This document shows, piece by piece, positions 1 through 12,590 of a stretch of 64,000 nt of DNA; within the stretch, counting starts at the first letter, position 1, and every line of letters starts with the position of its first letter. Position numbers and translations under genes: made by a program. Source of the stretch: Ascidiella aspersa (lineage: Eukaryota); the NCBI GenBank assembly GCA_963924565.1, contig OZ004608.1, positions 38,254,001 through 38,318,000 of the forward strand. The letters run 5' to 3'. The notes under the pieces are model-generated. The model saw only the letters and a list, made by a program, of their open reading frames with translations, was not told the origin of the DNA and did not search any database.

Positions 1-3000
1 ACGAGTTTGTTCTTATCTAAGTTGGGTCGAAACGTCGGTACTTTAATAAAATTTTGCCGGAAGAACAATTTACAATTGAGAATGAAAAATGATAAGTGTT
101 TTTAAGCACTTTACTTTTTAAGCAAAGGCATCGTTTTTAAATGCTGAGTTTCAAGTAATAATAATGTTTAGGAGCATTTAATTGTAGTGTGCGTCTAAAG
201 TAAACAGCACAACTTACCCGGCGAATTTCAAGGCAGCCTTGACTTGCTACTTTCATTTGTCACGTAGTAAGTATTTCGACTTAATGGTGTCTTGGCATAG
301 TCCTTATATTACAATCTAATTTTGTTTGTCTCTTGGTTGTCAGTTTTTCGATTGGTAGATTTCTTGATTCTAAATCCTCTTTTACCCTGGGGTCTCTTGG
401 ACTCTTGTAGTCTCTTTCACAGTTCAGTTATTTGGACGTCGTACTTGTTTTTCGACTAACTTAAACATCCATTGCTTCTCTAACCATTCTACTTTCTTAT
501 TTTTATCGCCAATTAATCGTATCGTCGCAAAACGCGAAACTTTTACTGTCAAACGCGCTTTAAAATATTCTGTTATCCACACAAAATACCCAAATCACTA
601 TTCATGTTATTTTCTCCTATACTACTGCGAGTTAATTTTTATGTTTGGTTCAGGTTTGGTTTAGTTTTACTTGATTAATATAAGGTTACATGCGCAAGTT
701 ACGTGTAAATGTAAAAACAATTTCGCAATTCCACTAAATAAAGTGGATTTCTACAACTATCTCGATAGGTTTAGAACCAAGGGGTACTTGCCCGGGGAGT
801 TTGTTATGGATATCAGGAACCTGAACCAAAAATATGTGTCTAAATATCTATTAAAATAACAACAAAAAAAAAGCTGTAGCGCAGTTTGTTTTTAAATATA
901 TTTTAGCTATGCAAGAAATTTGACGGAATTTCCTAAACTTTGTATCGAAAAAAAATTTTTGCAGGTTATCCAAACTCATGGTCAACTTCGATTGAAGGAT
1001 ATAGTCAATGAAAATATTATTAATTGAAGACAAATGTATTGTGGTACTGTTTTGCAAGCGTCGCGTGGCGTACCGCAGATAACATTACGAAAAAAATCGT
1101 CAGTTTTCGCGGAGCGTGAATTAAAAGATGCACAATAAAAGCCACTAAACGAGGCCGCTAAAATCACCGCACTAAACTGACGAATCTAGCAATTCCTATT
1201 TGATCAATCTATAAAATACAACAGCTATTAAAATTGTATAGCTGTGTGACACGCATGTCAAGATACACATGGCAAAACATGGAACTTTTGCAGCAAAAAG
1301 GTGCATTGTTCCAGCAGGTTATTAACAACTGCTTAGATTTGGAAAAAAAAATATTTGTCAAGGTCCTACAATCGAAATTGACGCGCTACAGCCATAGCAC
1401 TAAATATTTTACATCACTTGGTTATATACGAAGATGAAAACTTCTTAGGCACTCTCTTCAAAACATGGAAGTGTAGTTGAAATGTTGTCGTGGTTGAAAT
1501 GTTCGTTAGAGATGCTTGAAACTGTACAATAAAAAACGGAATTAGCTTGCCTTAAAATTTGTTATGTGCGTATTTCTATAGATAAGATATCTCTTAAATG
1601 AAACCAAATAGACAACGTTAGGGAGGTAAGGAAACATTGGTTAATCTAATTACTAAGAAAACACAAGAATTGATCGATGGGTTCCAACCTGTTAAGCTAC
1701 CAGATTTTAATATCACCGAATCGTAAAGAAAATGTTTATTGATTACAAAATATATTATACTATTAATTATGAAATTTTGATTTTTGTCATAGTCTTGTAA
1801 CAAAACCCACACATGTAGCCTATACACAGGTAAGTAAATAAGAAATAATACTTCTATATCTAAAAAACATACTTATTTCTAAACATATACAGGAATAAGA
1901 CAATTTCGCCAAAAAAAGTTTGCCAGTAATTTTAGAGTCCAGCAAAAAAACGAGATAAGAACCACACCAACGTCAGAATAAAACACAATTCGGAAAAAGG
2001 AATAAGGCCGAAATAGGACTAATACCCTACTCTCCTAATAATTTCAACACTAACCCATTTTCTAACCCCACCCATTACCCACCAATAACCCCAAAAAGGA
2101 CCAAAAATCCGGTGTATTTTACCTAATGAACCAGCGCACCGATTTTAATAATTTAGAAAAATAGCTGAAGCTAAGTTAAATCGTTAAAGTCTGATATTTT
2201 CCTCTCAAATAATAAATAACTCACCGAAGTGTTGAGTTATCGTTTTGAAGATGTTTCTCTTTCGCAGACCAGATGTGTAGATTGCTCCTGCTCCTATTAA
2301 AAACTTGTAAATTAAATCTCCAACAAACTGTAGGACATTAGGTTGCCAATATATGATTATATATATATATATATAAACAAGACCACTTGCACTAAAGCGT
2401 TATGGTTAAATGGTACTACATATTGTTTAAATTAAACCTATGCTGAATTCATAAGAATGGCAATTTTAATGCTTGAAATTACCTTGAAGGATCCAAGATA
2501 ACTTTTGACTTCTTCACCTTAGGGTATTCCCCATCCAAACGCCGTTGGTGAATCTTCAAAAAAAAAATTAACTAAGTTCAGGTAATAGACGAAAATATTC
2601 CACATTCGATTTCACATAACGTAATACAAGTAGTTATCAATTGTGAGGTCATCAATCTATGCCCATTTGTTTATTATATCACGCCGATTCGAAATGCGAA
2701 TGCATCTTCTACTCAGATTTGATAGCGCTAGCACCGACTTGACAGTAACTAAAATTGTCGGCAAAGCGCATAAATTTTAAAAGGCACAAACTACCATTAC
2801 AACTGATCTAAGTCATGACTATTTTGCTGCAAATCAATAACAATGTAGCCTAAACTAAAATATTGTCGAAAAATTAAATGATATTTAAGCCCATACCGGA
2901 GTAGGTATCAATTTGAACGTTTCGAATAACTTTTTTTTTTCATGTTGCAAATGAATAAAGAGTTATTCGAAACGTTCAAAATGTTACCTACTTTTGTATG

Positions 3001-4044
3001 GGCTTTGATATTCTTATTACGTCTACAACCTCCAACCATTATGCTCGAAAATGATATTTGAAATTAAGTATATACTTGACAACATAAATTAAATGTGCAA
3101 CTATGCTATCGACTAATCAACTGAGTTTTCCTAATATCATCCTTAACTAATTTTACAAGAGCTAAACCTATACAAGCAAAATTCTAGGACTGTTTCAATT
3201 TCTCATAGCCTGACACACCTTGAACTGAAGAATGTTTTTGTCTAAAATGCTTCAATTAAAGTTACCTTTTTTCACCTTCCCCGATTTTTTTGTCGCAATT
3301 TGCCTCAAGAAACGCGCGGCCAATTAGCCATAAATTAAAATGGCCACAGGTTAACTGCGCCACGTTTTATTTTCCAAATTTGTTCCAGAATTGAAGACTT
3401 CGGGTTTTTTAGTACTACAATGTCTGCGAATATCTTTCGAATATCTTTGAGGCTAGCAGTTGATAAACTACCGCGACTAGTTAAGTGATTTTGCTTATGC
3501 GATGCGTTGCTTCCTTATGCGCGTGTAAGAACGAACAAGAATATAACGGAGACAATAAGTTAGTAACACTTATTAAACTTGAAAACAACACAAACAAAAG
3601 AGTATGACTGCCAAAATATAGCCAAATATATAAACTGAAAAAATATATAGATAAAAAGTGAAAATGTAGCTTAATTGAATGTCAAAGCCTAAAAGTTATA
3701 AAAATCGAGATCAAGAATAAATCAACATCGTCTTGCTTGATAAAGACACGCATTGCTGAAATCGTTTTCCATAGGATTTACTCAACCGTTTCGGCTTTGA
3801 ATTTTATTTTTAAGCTACATTACAGATCCGTGCATAGCGCACCAAATGAAAGTGTGTCTTCTAAACAAAACAATCAAACCTTACAACCAGTAGCCGACAT
3901 TACACAAAAAAGCAAAACAAAGCAAACAAGCTGAAGTGAGAACAAACTAACATCCAACCAAGCTGAAACGGCGTAAAGGTTGCCGCCCTTGCGTTTAATT
4001 TAAAGCAAGTTTAATCTAATCACAGAGAGCAAAGTAGTATAGAG

Positions 4045-4286
4045 CAGTGTTTCTTAATCAGGTGAATGGTTCACCCCAGGGTGAATAAAATTTTTGCGGG
4101 GTTGAACCAACCAAAAGGGGTGAATAAAGGTGAACCGTCAGAAATGGATGATAGCCTGCCAAACAACTTAAGTCATTTTGTGCTGTTATATATAGATGAG
4201 ATTTATTATATCATGAGACAAGGGTGAATGAAATCTTAAGATACATGCTAGGTGCAAATAAAACTAAAAAAGTTTAAAAAGCTCTG
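4045..4286. mobile_element. hAT-type MITE
   Basis: Imperfect TIRs cagtgtttcttaa / ttaaaaagctctg, with perfect 8-bp TSD gtatagag (4037-4044, 4287-4294). Confidence 0.8.
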
Positions 4287-4434
4287 GTATAGAGAACAGA
4301 GGTCTTATTTTTTTCCACTAGGCTACATCGGTTCTTATATAAAAACTATAAAAAATCTTTAGCAAGAAAAAATCTACTAAGATCATTTCTATTAATGGGC
4401 GAATTAACTAGTTAAACCGCATTTCGCCGGTTCA

Positions 4435-4635
4435 TTTTAAAGCAAACATCAAGCACTTGTTTTTAAACGTCGAGTTTAGTTAATCATTATACATTCTCAC
4501 ACTGTGGCATGTTGTTGCGTGGAAACCGAAAAAGCTTAACCTATGCCAGACAATAAACTGGCAGTAGTACGTTTATTGTAATTCTACTATGTAACAAGGA
4601 TATTTGTTTAATTTAGGAAAGGCAGAATATTACGT
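4435..4635 (+). promoter_or_regulatory. Conserved upstream block (putative promoter or first non-coding exon) of the MARVEL-ART paralogs, with IRF-element-like GAAACCGAAA at 4522-4531
   Basis: Aligns to 13632-13842 upstream of paralog 2 despite divergent flanks. Confidence 0.45.
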
Positions 4636-5411
4636 GATGTTAAAAAACAAAACGTTATACAAGTATAGGCTAAATGTAGAGTTAAAATTTATCTAAAACC
4701 TAAAAGTTTGGCAAAAAAATGCTAAGTTTAACATACAAACAGAAACAACATTTATGAGTGTAGAACTGTGTCAATTCACAAATTGACACAGTTCGTCAAG
4801 GGATAACCCAGTTAGGTCCCGAGGTCTGGTTAAGCAGATGTGATTTGAGTTTAACATACAAATGTAGATATAACTAGACGGGGTTGCGGTTGTTGTATAT
4901 TTTGTCAGGGGTAATTTTCAGGGCCTTATTTTTAAGTGTGAATTGTGAAGGTAATTGGGTCATTATAAATAGGATTATTTACGCAACATATTACAAGCAA
5001 ATTGTTTTTTGTGCAAAAATTTCGATATATAACCCAAAATTTTAAATACAAATAACTACTTCATTTCAACCCATGCATTTATTCAAAAGATTTAAGTCAA
5101 GTCACGTAATTTTGCCCAAAACGCTTAAGTCAAATCAAGTCATTTAAAAACAGTCACTTAAGTACACTTAAGTTAAGTGTTGACTTAAGTCATTAAACAA
5201 CACTGATCCCTAGCGGTTATCATGACAATGTTAAAGGTAATGACTTTGGTGTCAATTTCAAACAAAAATTGGGAAATGTTATGCTTTATGTTGTACAGCT
5301 TGATTGAAAGTGGAACAACTCCTGTAAAGTAAACCAGAAAAGTACTCATCAAGCAAACAGCTAAATGTCTATTTGTTTATATTAAAAAATTATAGCTTAT
5401 GAGAGATTGCG

Positions 5412-8400
5412 ATGACTGATGTTCGTGGACTTAATAAAAGTTTTTTCAATTCTAAAGAAGGCGTATTTGAAACAATTCAACTGGTAAGAATTTTTTCGTA
5501 TTGTAGGCCTATGTGAATCTTTTTCCTATTGCTTCTACTTCGTGCATTTTAATTGTTTTCACTTCTACTTTAACCTAATACGAAAGCTTGTCGAGAATTG
5601 AACACAATTTGCCTTTATATGGCACCACCTTATTACGGTACTCTAGTTAGAATTAGACAAATACGGCCATTTACAAAGATTTGTACTGTTAGTTACTTTA
5701 ATTTAGGTTCAAAACCATGACCTACAGGTTTATTATGTGGAGTCTGTGTGAAGACATATGCATTTAAAACAAGTTGCAATACACAGTTTAACTAATTGAA
5801 GCTGTATGGCAAAAGTAACTGTCAATTCAGTTTGTCCCATCCGTTTCATATTTAAAACGCTAAAACATAAACCACGATTAGTTAATGAAAGAAATTGTAA
5901 CGTCAACAAATACTAAAGTATTTAACGGATAAACTAAAACATTAAAGCCCATACAAAAGTAGGTAGCATTTTAAACGTTTCAAATCAATCATAAGATAAT
6001 GGTTGGGAGTTTTAGTTAGACGTAGAATGAATATCAAAGCTCATACAGAAGTAGGTATAGCATTTTGAGAACGTAGTGCCTTCTCACTAAGCTGAAAATA
6101 AAAAAAAGATTTATTCAAATGCTAAATCTAGCTCTGTATGGGCTTTGATAATCGTACTACGTCTTACTCCAGCAATTAAGCTCCTAAACTAAAATAAATT
6201 TTGAATTTAGGTGCTGAGTCTTATGATTCTAATTCTGTGTTTATCGAGCTCATTTTGGTCGGTGGAGGGCGCCAATGCAATGAACGCTGTCCTTGTATTT
6301 TCTCTGCTTTGTTTCCTCATCCGAATACTAAGTTGGATTGTCTACTATTACCAGCTTAACAACGCATCAACCATTGAGCTAAAACTATGGCACACCTTTG
6401 TAAGTACTTGTCTTAAACTAAGGAAATCACAACAGGTACAATGAAAGATACATACAAACACACACACGTGTTCAACAACTGTGATCAAACCCTTCTGAAG
6501 CTGCTTTTTGACAAACGTTTACGGCTTACGTACCTAAGTACACCGAAAGCCATTGCACACTCCCCGAATTTATCGAACAATAATGCAAGCAAGGCAGGCT
6601 AGAAAACAGGAAGCCTGCAGTGTGGTTCGAACTCACTACCTCGGACATACCAAGACCGTCGCTCTACTAACTGAGCTACAAAGGTTCAGAGGGAGTTTTG
6701 CTTTATTAAAAAATCTTTACAAGAATAAATGTTTAGTGTTGCATAGTTAACCTACGGAAAGTATAATCCGGGGATTGCGATAAATCCTTTTTGTCGGGTT
6801 GTTCGATTTTATAAATTTCTAAGCCAAAAAAGGTCATCATTTCAATTAAGATGATTTGAACTTATTAACTAGAAATGTGTATTTTATACAATCTTAAAAT
6901 GCACAATCGTAATTATTTAAGAGAACAATTGAAACGTCTTAATCAAGATGGTGTCGATACACTCAATCTTTTTGGCTTTGCAATTTATTATAAAGCTACA
7001 TTACAGATCCGTGCATGGTGTACCCAAGCTTCATCAAGGCGTTTTTTTAGGAAACATATTTTGGAATTCTTGGTGGTTCATTGATGTTTATCAACATGTG
7101 CATTTCGGCTGACATGGCGAATCATTTTAAACACTACGAACAATTGCCAGCAAACTTCCATGGTTTATTGACTTCTTGTGCGGTAAGTTGGCCATCAATA
7201 CATTCAAGTAGAATAGTAGTGACGGGATGGTTTGGTGGAAAAATAACAACAGGTTCGGCGCACCAGCGAAAATTACTTTACCAAACACTCTGTTTTTACT
7301 TTTACTTCTGCAACTCGGCAAGTTGTTCGTTTAGCACTTGATATTATTGTCAAATGAGGAATTATTTAAACCACAACTTTCAAACGAATACTTGTCATGA
7401 CTAGGGCGATTATTTTTTGACCTAAAATAATTTATTTTGACAAAAATTTGACCTGTTAGAAATACATTGATTTAAATAATCTAGGCGTCGTTGTTTACAC
7501 ATTTTTTATACTGTGTATTGTTCTAATGAAGATATAATACAGTTGAAATGACTTTGAATATAAATCAAAACTAATTTTTTTTGATACTTGAACGATAAAT
7601 TGCAAAATAACTGAACGACCACTTTCAAAAAGCTGACTTTAGTTTTTTTCTAATTTGTTAACGATTTATGTGCATTTCATTCAATTTTGAATTAAAAAAA
7701 TTTTAACAAATTTTGACCTAACGTGTAAATGTTGACAAAATTTTGACTTTTTTTGACAAGTCAAAAAATAATCGCCCTAGTCATAACCAAACCGCTTATT
7801 AAACCTGTTCGTTCGAAACAGAATAAGTTGACCAGAAGAGGTTTACTCAGTATTTTAATGATGAATTCCTAGTTTTTGCTCAACTTAGCTATCTTTTCTT
7901 CATTTTCAGGTGTTTTCAGCGCCTGTGACGTTGGTCTTCTTTGCTTATAGTTTACTACTTACTCAAGAAAACAAAGTGACCAGCTCCGCAATAAACGTAC
8001 CAGTAAATACAGTTATTGTTGTTAAACACACCTTATTTGGTTAGTTATATAAAAGGGCGTTTTTACGCGTGTTAAGGACTGCAAATTTACAATAACACTT
8101 GGGTATACGATCTATATGTACATTTTGAATTAACGTCTCGGTTGAGTAATTTGTAAAACCACTCAAGTCCAAGTCAAGTCTCAGTCAAGTGATAATTCGA
8201 CCAAGTCAATTCCTAGTCAAGTCCTTGTCAAAAAATCGTTAAACTATTAAAATTAGTACAATCGACCGAATACGAGCAAAAACGCAACTAAAAAATAATG
8301 TAAACGCATCATATAGCAAGCAAATTGTTGTGTAAACAGTTAGATAAATGACTCTACAAAAAATTCAATACAAAAAAATGTGCTTAATGAATCCTCTGTA

Positions 8401-11400
8401 TTTCAACCCAAGTCATTTGTCCAAAAGATTTAAGTCAATGCCCAAAAGTCAAGTCAAGTAATTTTGCCAAAAGGACTTTAAGTTAATTTATTTAAAAAAT
8501 GTGACTTAAGTGCACAAGGGAACACTGATTCTGAGTTTGGTACTTCGCACCTCGTACTGTGGACTGTGGAAGCTTCGAATAGTCTTACTCTAGAGTCTAG
8601 AGTCCTATTTAAAGCAGGTATCCGACTTCGCCGAGTCCCGAATCCAGATACGAAAGTCGAAGTTTGCTTTTTTCATCTCTGGGTTCACGAGGCAACTGTT
8701 GGGTGGCCGTTTTTTCTTAATTATTAATATTGCAATAGCCAAAAAAAAGACTTTCCCAGATAACAATCGCTGCGTTGTTTGTAAAGTATGGCTGAAATTT
8801 CTTTAACAACTCGATATCGGATCGGCACCGATACCGATACCACCCTAGTATCGGGCAAGGACGGACAATATTACTTGGTATCGGGTATCGGCCACGGTCC
8901 GATATTACACTTGTAATACCCAAGCGGACTTGACTACCAAACTCCTCCCATTAATGAAAGGCCATACCTGGCCGCCGACTTTGTATTTTACACTTGAGAT
9001 ACCTAATGGGTTTTATGTTTCTTGTATTTAATTAATGCTACAATAGCATCTTTATCATTTGTTAGAAGGGTTTAATGAGAAAATTTAAAGAAAATAATTT
9101 AAATAAAATAAAAATCACAACATGTCAACATTGCACTCCAAAATGAAATCACAAAAACTGCAAGAATTTGTGATGACGTTTATTTGCACGAAGCCCCCAA
9201 TAACCGCCTAAATCAAATCAATAGTGTCAATACCGGTAATATGCTGATGCCGAGAAAAAGTTATAAGTATGCACAGCATGGTCGTTTCATTTTCTAAGTC
9301 ACATAAACGTTAACAACAATTCCTATAAAACACTGTTGTAATAAATAGTCACAGTGACACTAATATGCACGAAATTTCTGTCAAGTGACCCTTCGGGTAC
9401 ACGGACACCTGTTTGATAAACACTATGTACATAACAACACAGGTTTCGACCTATGTTAAGACCTATGTCCAGAGCCCGATGTACATCGGCGTCACAGTTC
9501 TTCAGGGGAGTATTATGTCAGCCAATTGTGATGCAATAGTCAACTCGACGCAATATTTTGACATGTCAGGTGTGTGAATACTGTTTTAAACTGATTTTTG
9601 TAAAAAGATTTAATTGCCATCATTATTCGGTTGAGATAATGTTGAGCTCTTTTATTCGTTAACCTCCAGCCGAAATTGGAAAACTGCTTGTGGCCAAAGG
9701 TGGTCAAAGTATTGCTGATGATTGCGCCAACAACCCACTGTACAGGTCAGCCAGCCTTCGTATCACTAATGCTGGTACTTTGTCGTACAAGTACATCTTT
9801 CATCTGCATGTGACCAGTGATGTAACTTGGCTTGAAAATACGTTGCGGGAAATGTTAAAGGAAGCTGAGGAACGTGGAGTTAGATCGCTCGCAATGCCTC
9901 CAGTTGGAACAGGTAGACGATAAGTGTTAGGCGAAATATTTTTGATAATCATTTGCAAAGCCATAAAGGTCAACTAGAACGACATCGTCTTGAAGTTGTA
10001 ATACGAGCTTGCATCATCTTCAGTTAATGTGACTGAATAAAAGGGGTGGTTGTTAGCAATATCTACTCGATCCTTTTGGCTTTGCAATTCGTTATCAAGC
10101 AACATTACAGATTCGTATACAGTGTACAAAAGGATTTTTGTTTCACAAATATGTTAAATTGTGTGTATGGAGCTGTAAGCTATTACAGTAGACTGCTTTT
10201 AAAAAATAAATATTTCCTAATATTAACTCTTATTTAAACACTTTTTATTGCTTTACTTAGGCGGCATTGGATTACAAGCCCAGGAGGCCGCTACATGCAT
10301 CAGAAAAGCCATAATCAGATTTGAACATACAATTCCCAACTATCTGCAAAGCATCTCGATTTATGTGTTTCAACAAGCAATGGTGGCAACATTTAAACAG
10401 GAGTTCCCACCATCGCGAAATCATGTCTTTGGTTCAGGTTAAAAATTTTTGTACAAGAGGCTAATTATACTTTCAAGTAGCATTTCGCCCAGTAAACCAT
10501 CTTACAAATTGGCAACAACACTGAACCTATGAATTCAGTTATACACTTATATTTCCGTTTACTGTACCTTGGCGAACATTTCTACTCGATTCATTATTTT
10601 GCTTCACCCAATCCTCTTTTTATATTTTATACAGTTTATCCTCACCTTCGACTTAAACGCCCGTTTACACAACAGTTGCGCTGAGCTGAGCTAAGCGTAA
10701 TTTGCATTTAATTTCTATTGTTTCGAGATTTTCACGCTTTGCTCAAACTCAAGGCCCGCGCAGCTATAGAAAAACGTTACGTGTTCGAGCGGCTTTTCCA
10801 CTCAGCTCAGCGCAGCTGTAGTGTTAACGGGCCTTAAAACTTGATTTGAAATGTTTTTTAGGTCTTCCATCCCACTGGGAGAGCATGGAAGGACAACTTA
10901 AACGAGTAAATCTTCTAAAAACCTCTCAGGAATACCAACATGTTCTGGCACTCTTCAATAACACTCTTCGAAAAAATGTTTCAAAGGTATGTTGAAAGAA
11001 TTTAATGGTTACTTCACTCCTATATTATTGCTATTTTAACCTCTTTAAAAGTAAATCCGCTTACATTTTAATGGTTGTCAGATTGAACGCATCCAAAACC
11101 CAACACTCTACAAACAATATCAAGCCCAAAAAGTAAAGGTTACTGACGTAATAGCTGGATGTAGATCAATTATAACAAGAGAATTATTTCATGGAACCGA
11201 TGCTAGTAAATGTGATAGCATTTGTAACCAAGGCTTCGATAAAGGTCATTCTGGCGTTAATGGTAAGTCAAACAAAATGTTAACATCTGAACAATATTTT
11301 ACGACCAAAAGTTGTGTTTTTATGTAAATTATAGCTGCTAGACACAATCGTATTTAATATGCTAAAATTTGTTAATCAAAAGAGTCTCTAAATACCACTT

Positions 11401-11733
11401 ATTACAAAACATATTCAATAACTCTGTGTATAAACTTTACTCGAGATGTATTTTATATCCATCTCTTCAGGTACTGTGCATGGGAAAGGTGTGTACTTCG
11501 CTACAACTGCCAAACATTCGAATTCATATGCAAAAGGAAACCCCAAGCATATGTTTCTGGCTGAAGTTATAACTGGAGAATATTGCAGAGGCAATTCTTC
11601 TATGAATGTTGCCCCGAATCAACCAAATGGCTCGCCTTATGATAGCGTTGTAGACAACATGGCAAACCCATCTATGTTTGTTGTGTTTAAAGATACAAGC
11701 GTTTATCCCGCTTACCTTGTAATTTACAATTAG
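5412..11733 (+). CDS. MARVEL-like 4TM + macrodomain + PARP14/15-like ART fusion, paralog 1 (10 exons, 523 aa as modelled)
   Basis: Exons 5412-5483, 6211-6399, 7051-7182, 7910-8002, 9473-9569, 9670-9912, 10261-10437, 10862-10986, 11082-11262, 11471-11733. All are GT-AG and phase-compatible (1572 nt). The N-terminus FFNSKEGVFETIQLVLSLMILILCL plus four hydrophobic segments resembles MARVEL/CMTM. Macro motifs: VTVLQGSIMSANCDAIVNST and AMPPVGTGGIG. ART motifs: LPSHW, IERIQNP, LFHGT, GKGVYFA, YDSVVD and FVVFKDTSVYPAYLV. The 8002-to-9473 junction is inferred. Confidence 0.75.
6458..6692 (-). mobile_element. tRNA-derived SINE, near full length
   Basis: The reverse strand has an A-box-like tagctcagttagtagagc, a B-box-like gttcgaacc, a conserved body and a (TG)n tail. 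It is homologous to 22434-22810, 23981-24335 and 29857-30023. Confidence 0.75.
7402..7779. mobile_element. hAT-type MITE
   Basis: TIRs tagggcgattatttttt / aaaaaataatcgcccta, with TSD gtcatgac / gtcataac. Confidence 0.85.
9473..11733 (+). CDS. Macrodomain-PARP catalytic region of paralog 1 (secure whether or not fused to the upstream TM exons)
   Basis: Six phase-compatible exons carry macro and PARP14/15-type catalytic motifs. An in-frame ATG at 9479 could serve as an alternative start. Confidence 0.92.
10653..10837. mobile_element. Palindromic MITE (PIF/Harbinger-like)
   Basis: Long TIRs gcccgtttacacaacagttgcgctgagctgag / ctcagctcagcgcagctgtagtgttaacgggc, flanked by ttaa. Confidence 0.65.
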
Positions 11734-11894
11734 TTTTGACAAATATGTACAACAATGTAATCTAATTTTTTTACCACGTGCGCAGGTGGCCAAAAATTTT
11801 TATTTGAGCTTTAAAACAGTGCACAAAGTGCACAAATTTTGAAACTTAAAATCGTCTAAGGGAGTTTAGCGAAAGAGGTTTTGTTCTTTAACTA

Positions 11895-12000
11895 TTAACC
11901 CACTAATATCTTTTAACCCACTAATATCTTTTAACCCACTAATATATTTTAACCCACTAATATCTTTTAACCCACTAATATCTTTTAACCCACTAATATC
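11895..12000. repeat. 19-bp minisatellite (ttaacccactaatatcttt), ~5.5 copies
   Basis: Direct tandem units visible. Confidence 0.95.
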
Positions 12001-12205
12001 CGCGGCAGATGATTTATCTATACACTTTTGCTTTCTAGACATATAACCTTTATTAACCGTTCAGACATGACATATGTATTTCTTCTAATGTAATTTACCT
12101 AAGCTTGTTTTTTTCATTTTTTATCGCACTTTTTGCTAAAATAAAAGGTATTTTGTAGTTTTAGTTACACATAGTTTAAATAAACTCATTTAGTCGCTTT
12201 TTTCG

Positions 12206-12590
12206 TACGTAGTTTATATAAAACTTATTTAGTCACTTTTTGTACTCATATACGTAGTTTATATAAAACTTGTTTAGTCACTTTTTGTACTCATATACGT
12301 AGTTTATATAAAACTTATTTAGTCACTTTTTGTACTCATATACGTAGTTTATATAAAACTTATTTAGTCACTTTTTGTATTCATATACGTAGTTTATATA
12401 AAACTTATTTAGTCACTTTTTGTACTCATATACCTAGTTTATATAAAACTTATTTAGTCACTTTTTGTATTCATATACGTAGTTTATATAAAACTTATTT
12501 AGTCACTTTTTGTATTCATGTACGTAGTTTATATAAAACTTATTTAGTCACTTTTTGTATTCATATACGTAGTTTATATAAAACTTATTT
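12206..12590. repeat. 45-bp minisatellite, ~8.5 copies
   Basis: Unit tacgtagtttatataaaacttatttagtcactttttgtactcata, with no unique spacers. Confidence 0.95.

Noticed and set aside
12206-12590. CRISPR-like array
   Set aside because: The 45-bp units are contiguous with no unique spacers and the context is eukaryotic, so this is a minisatellite.
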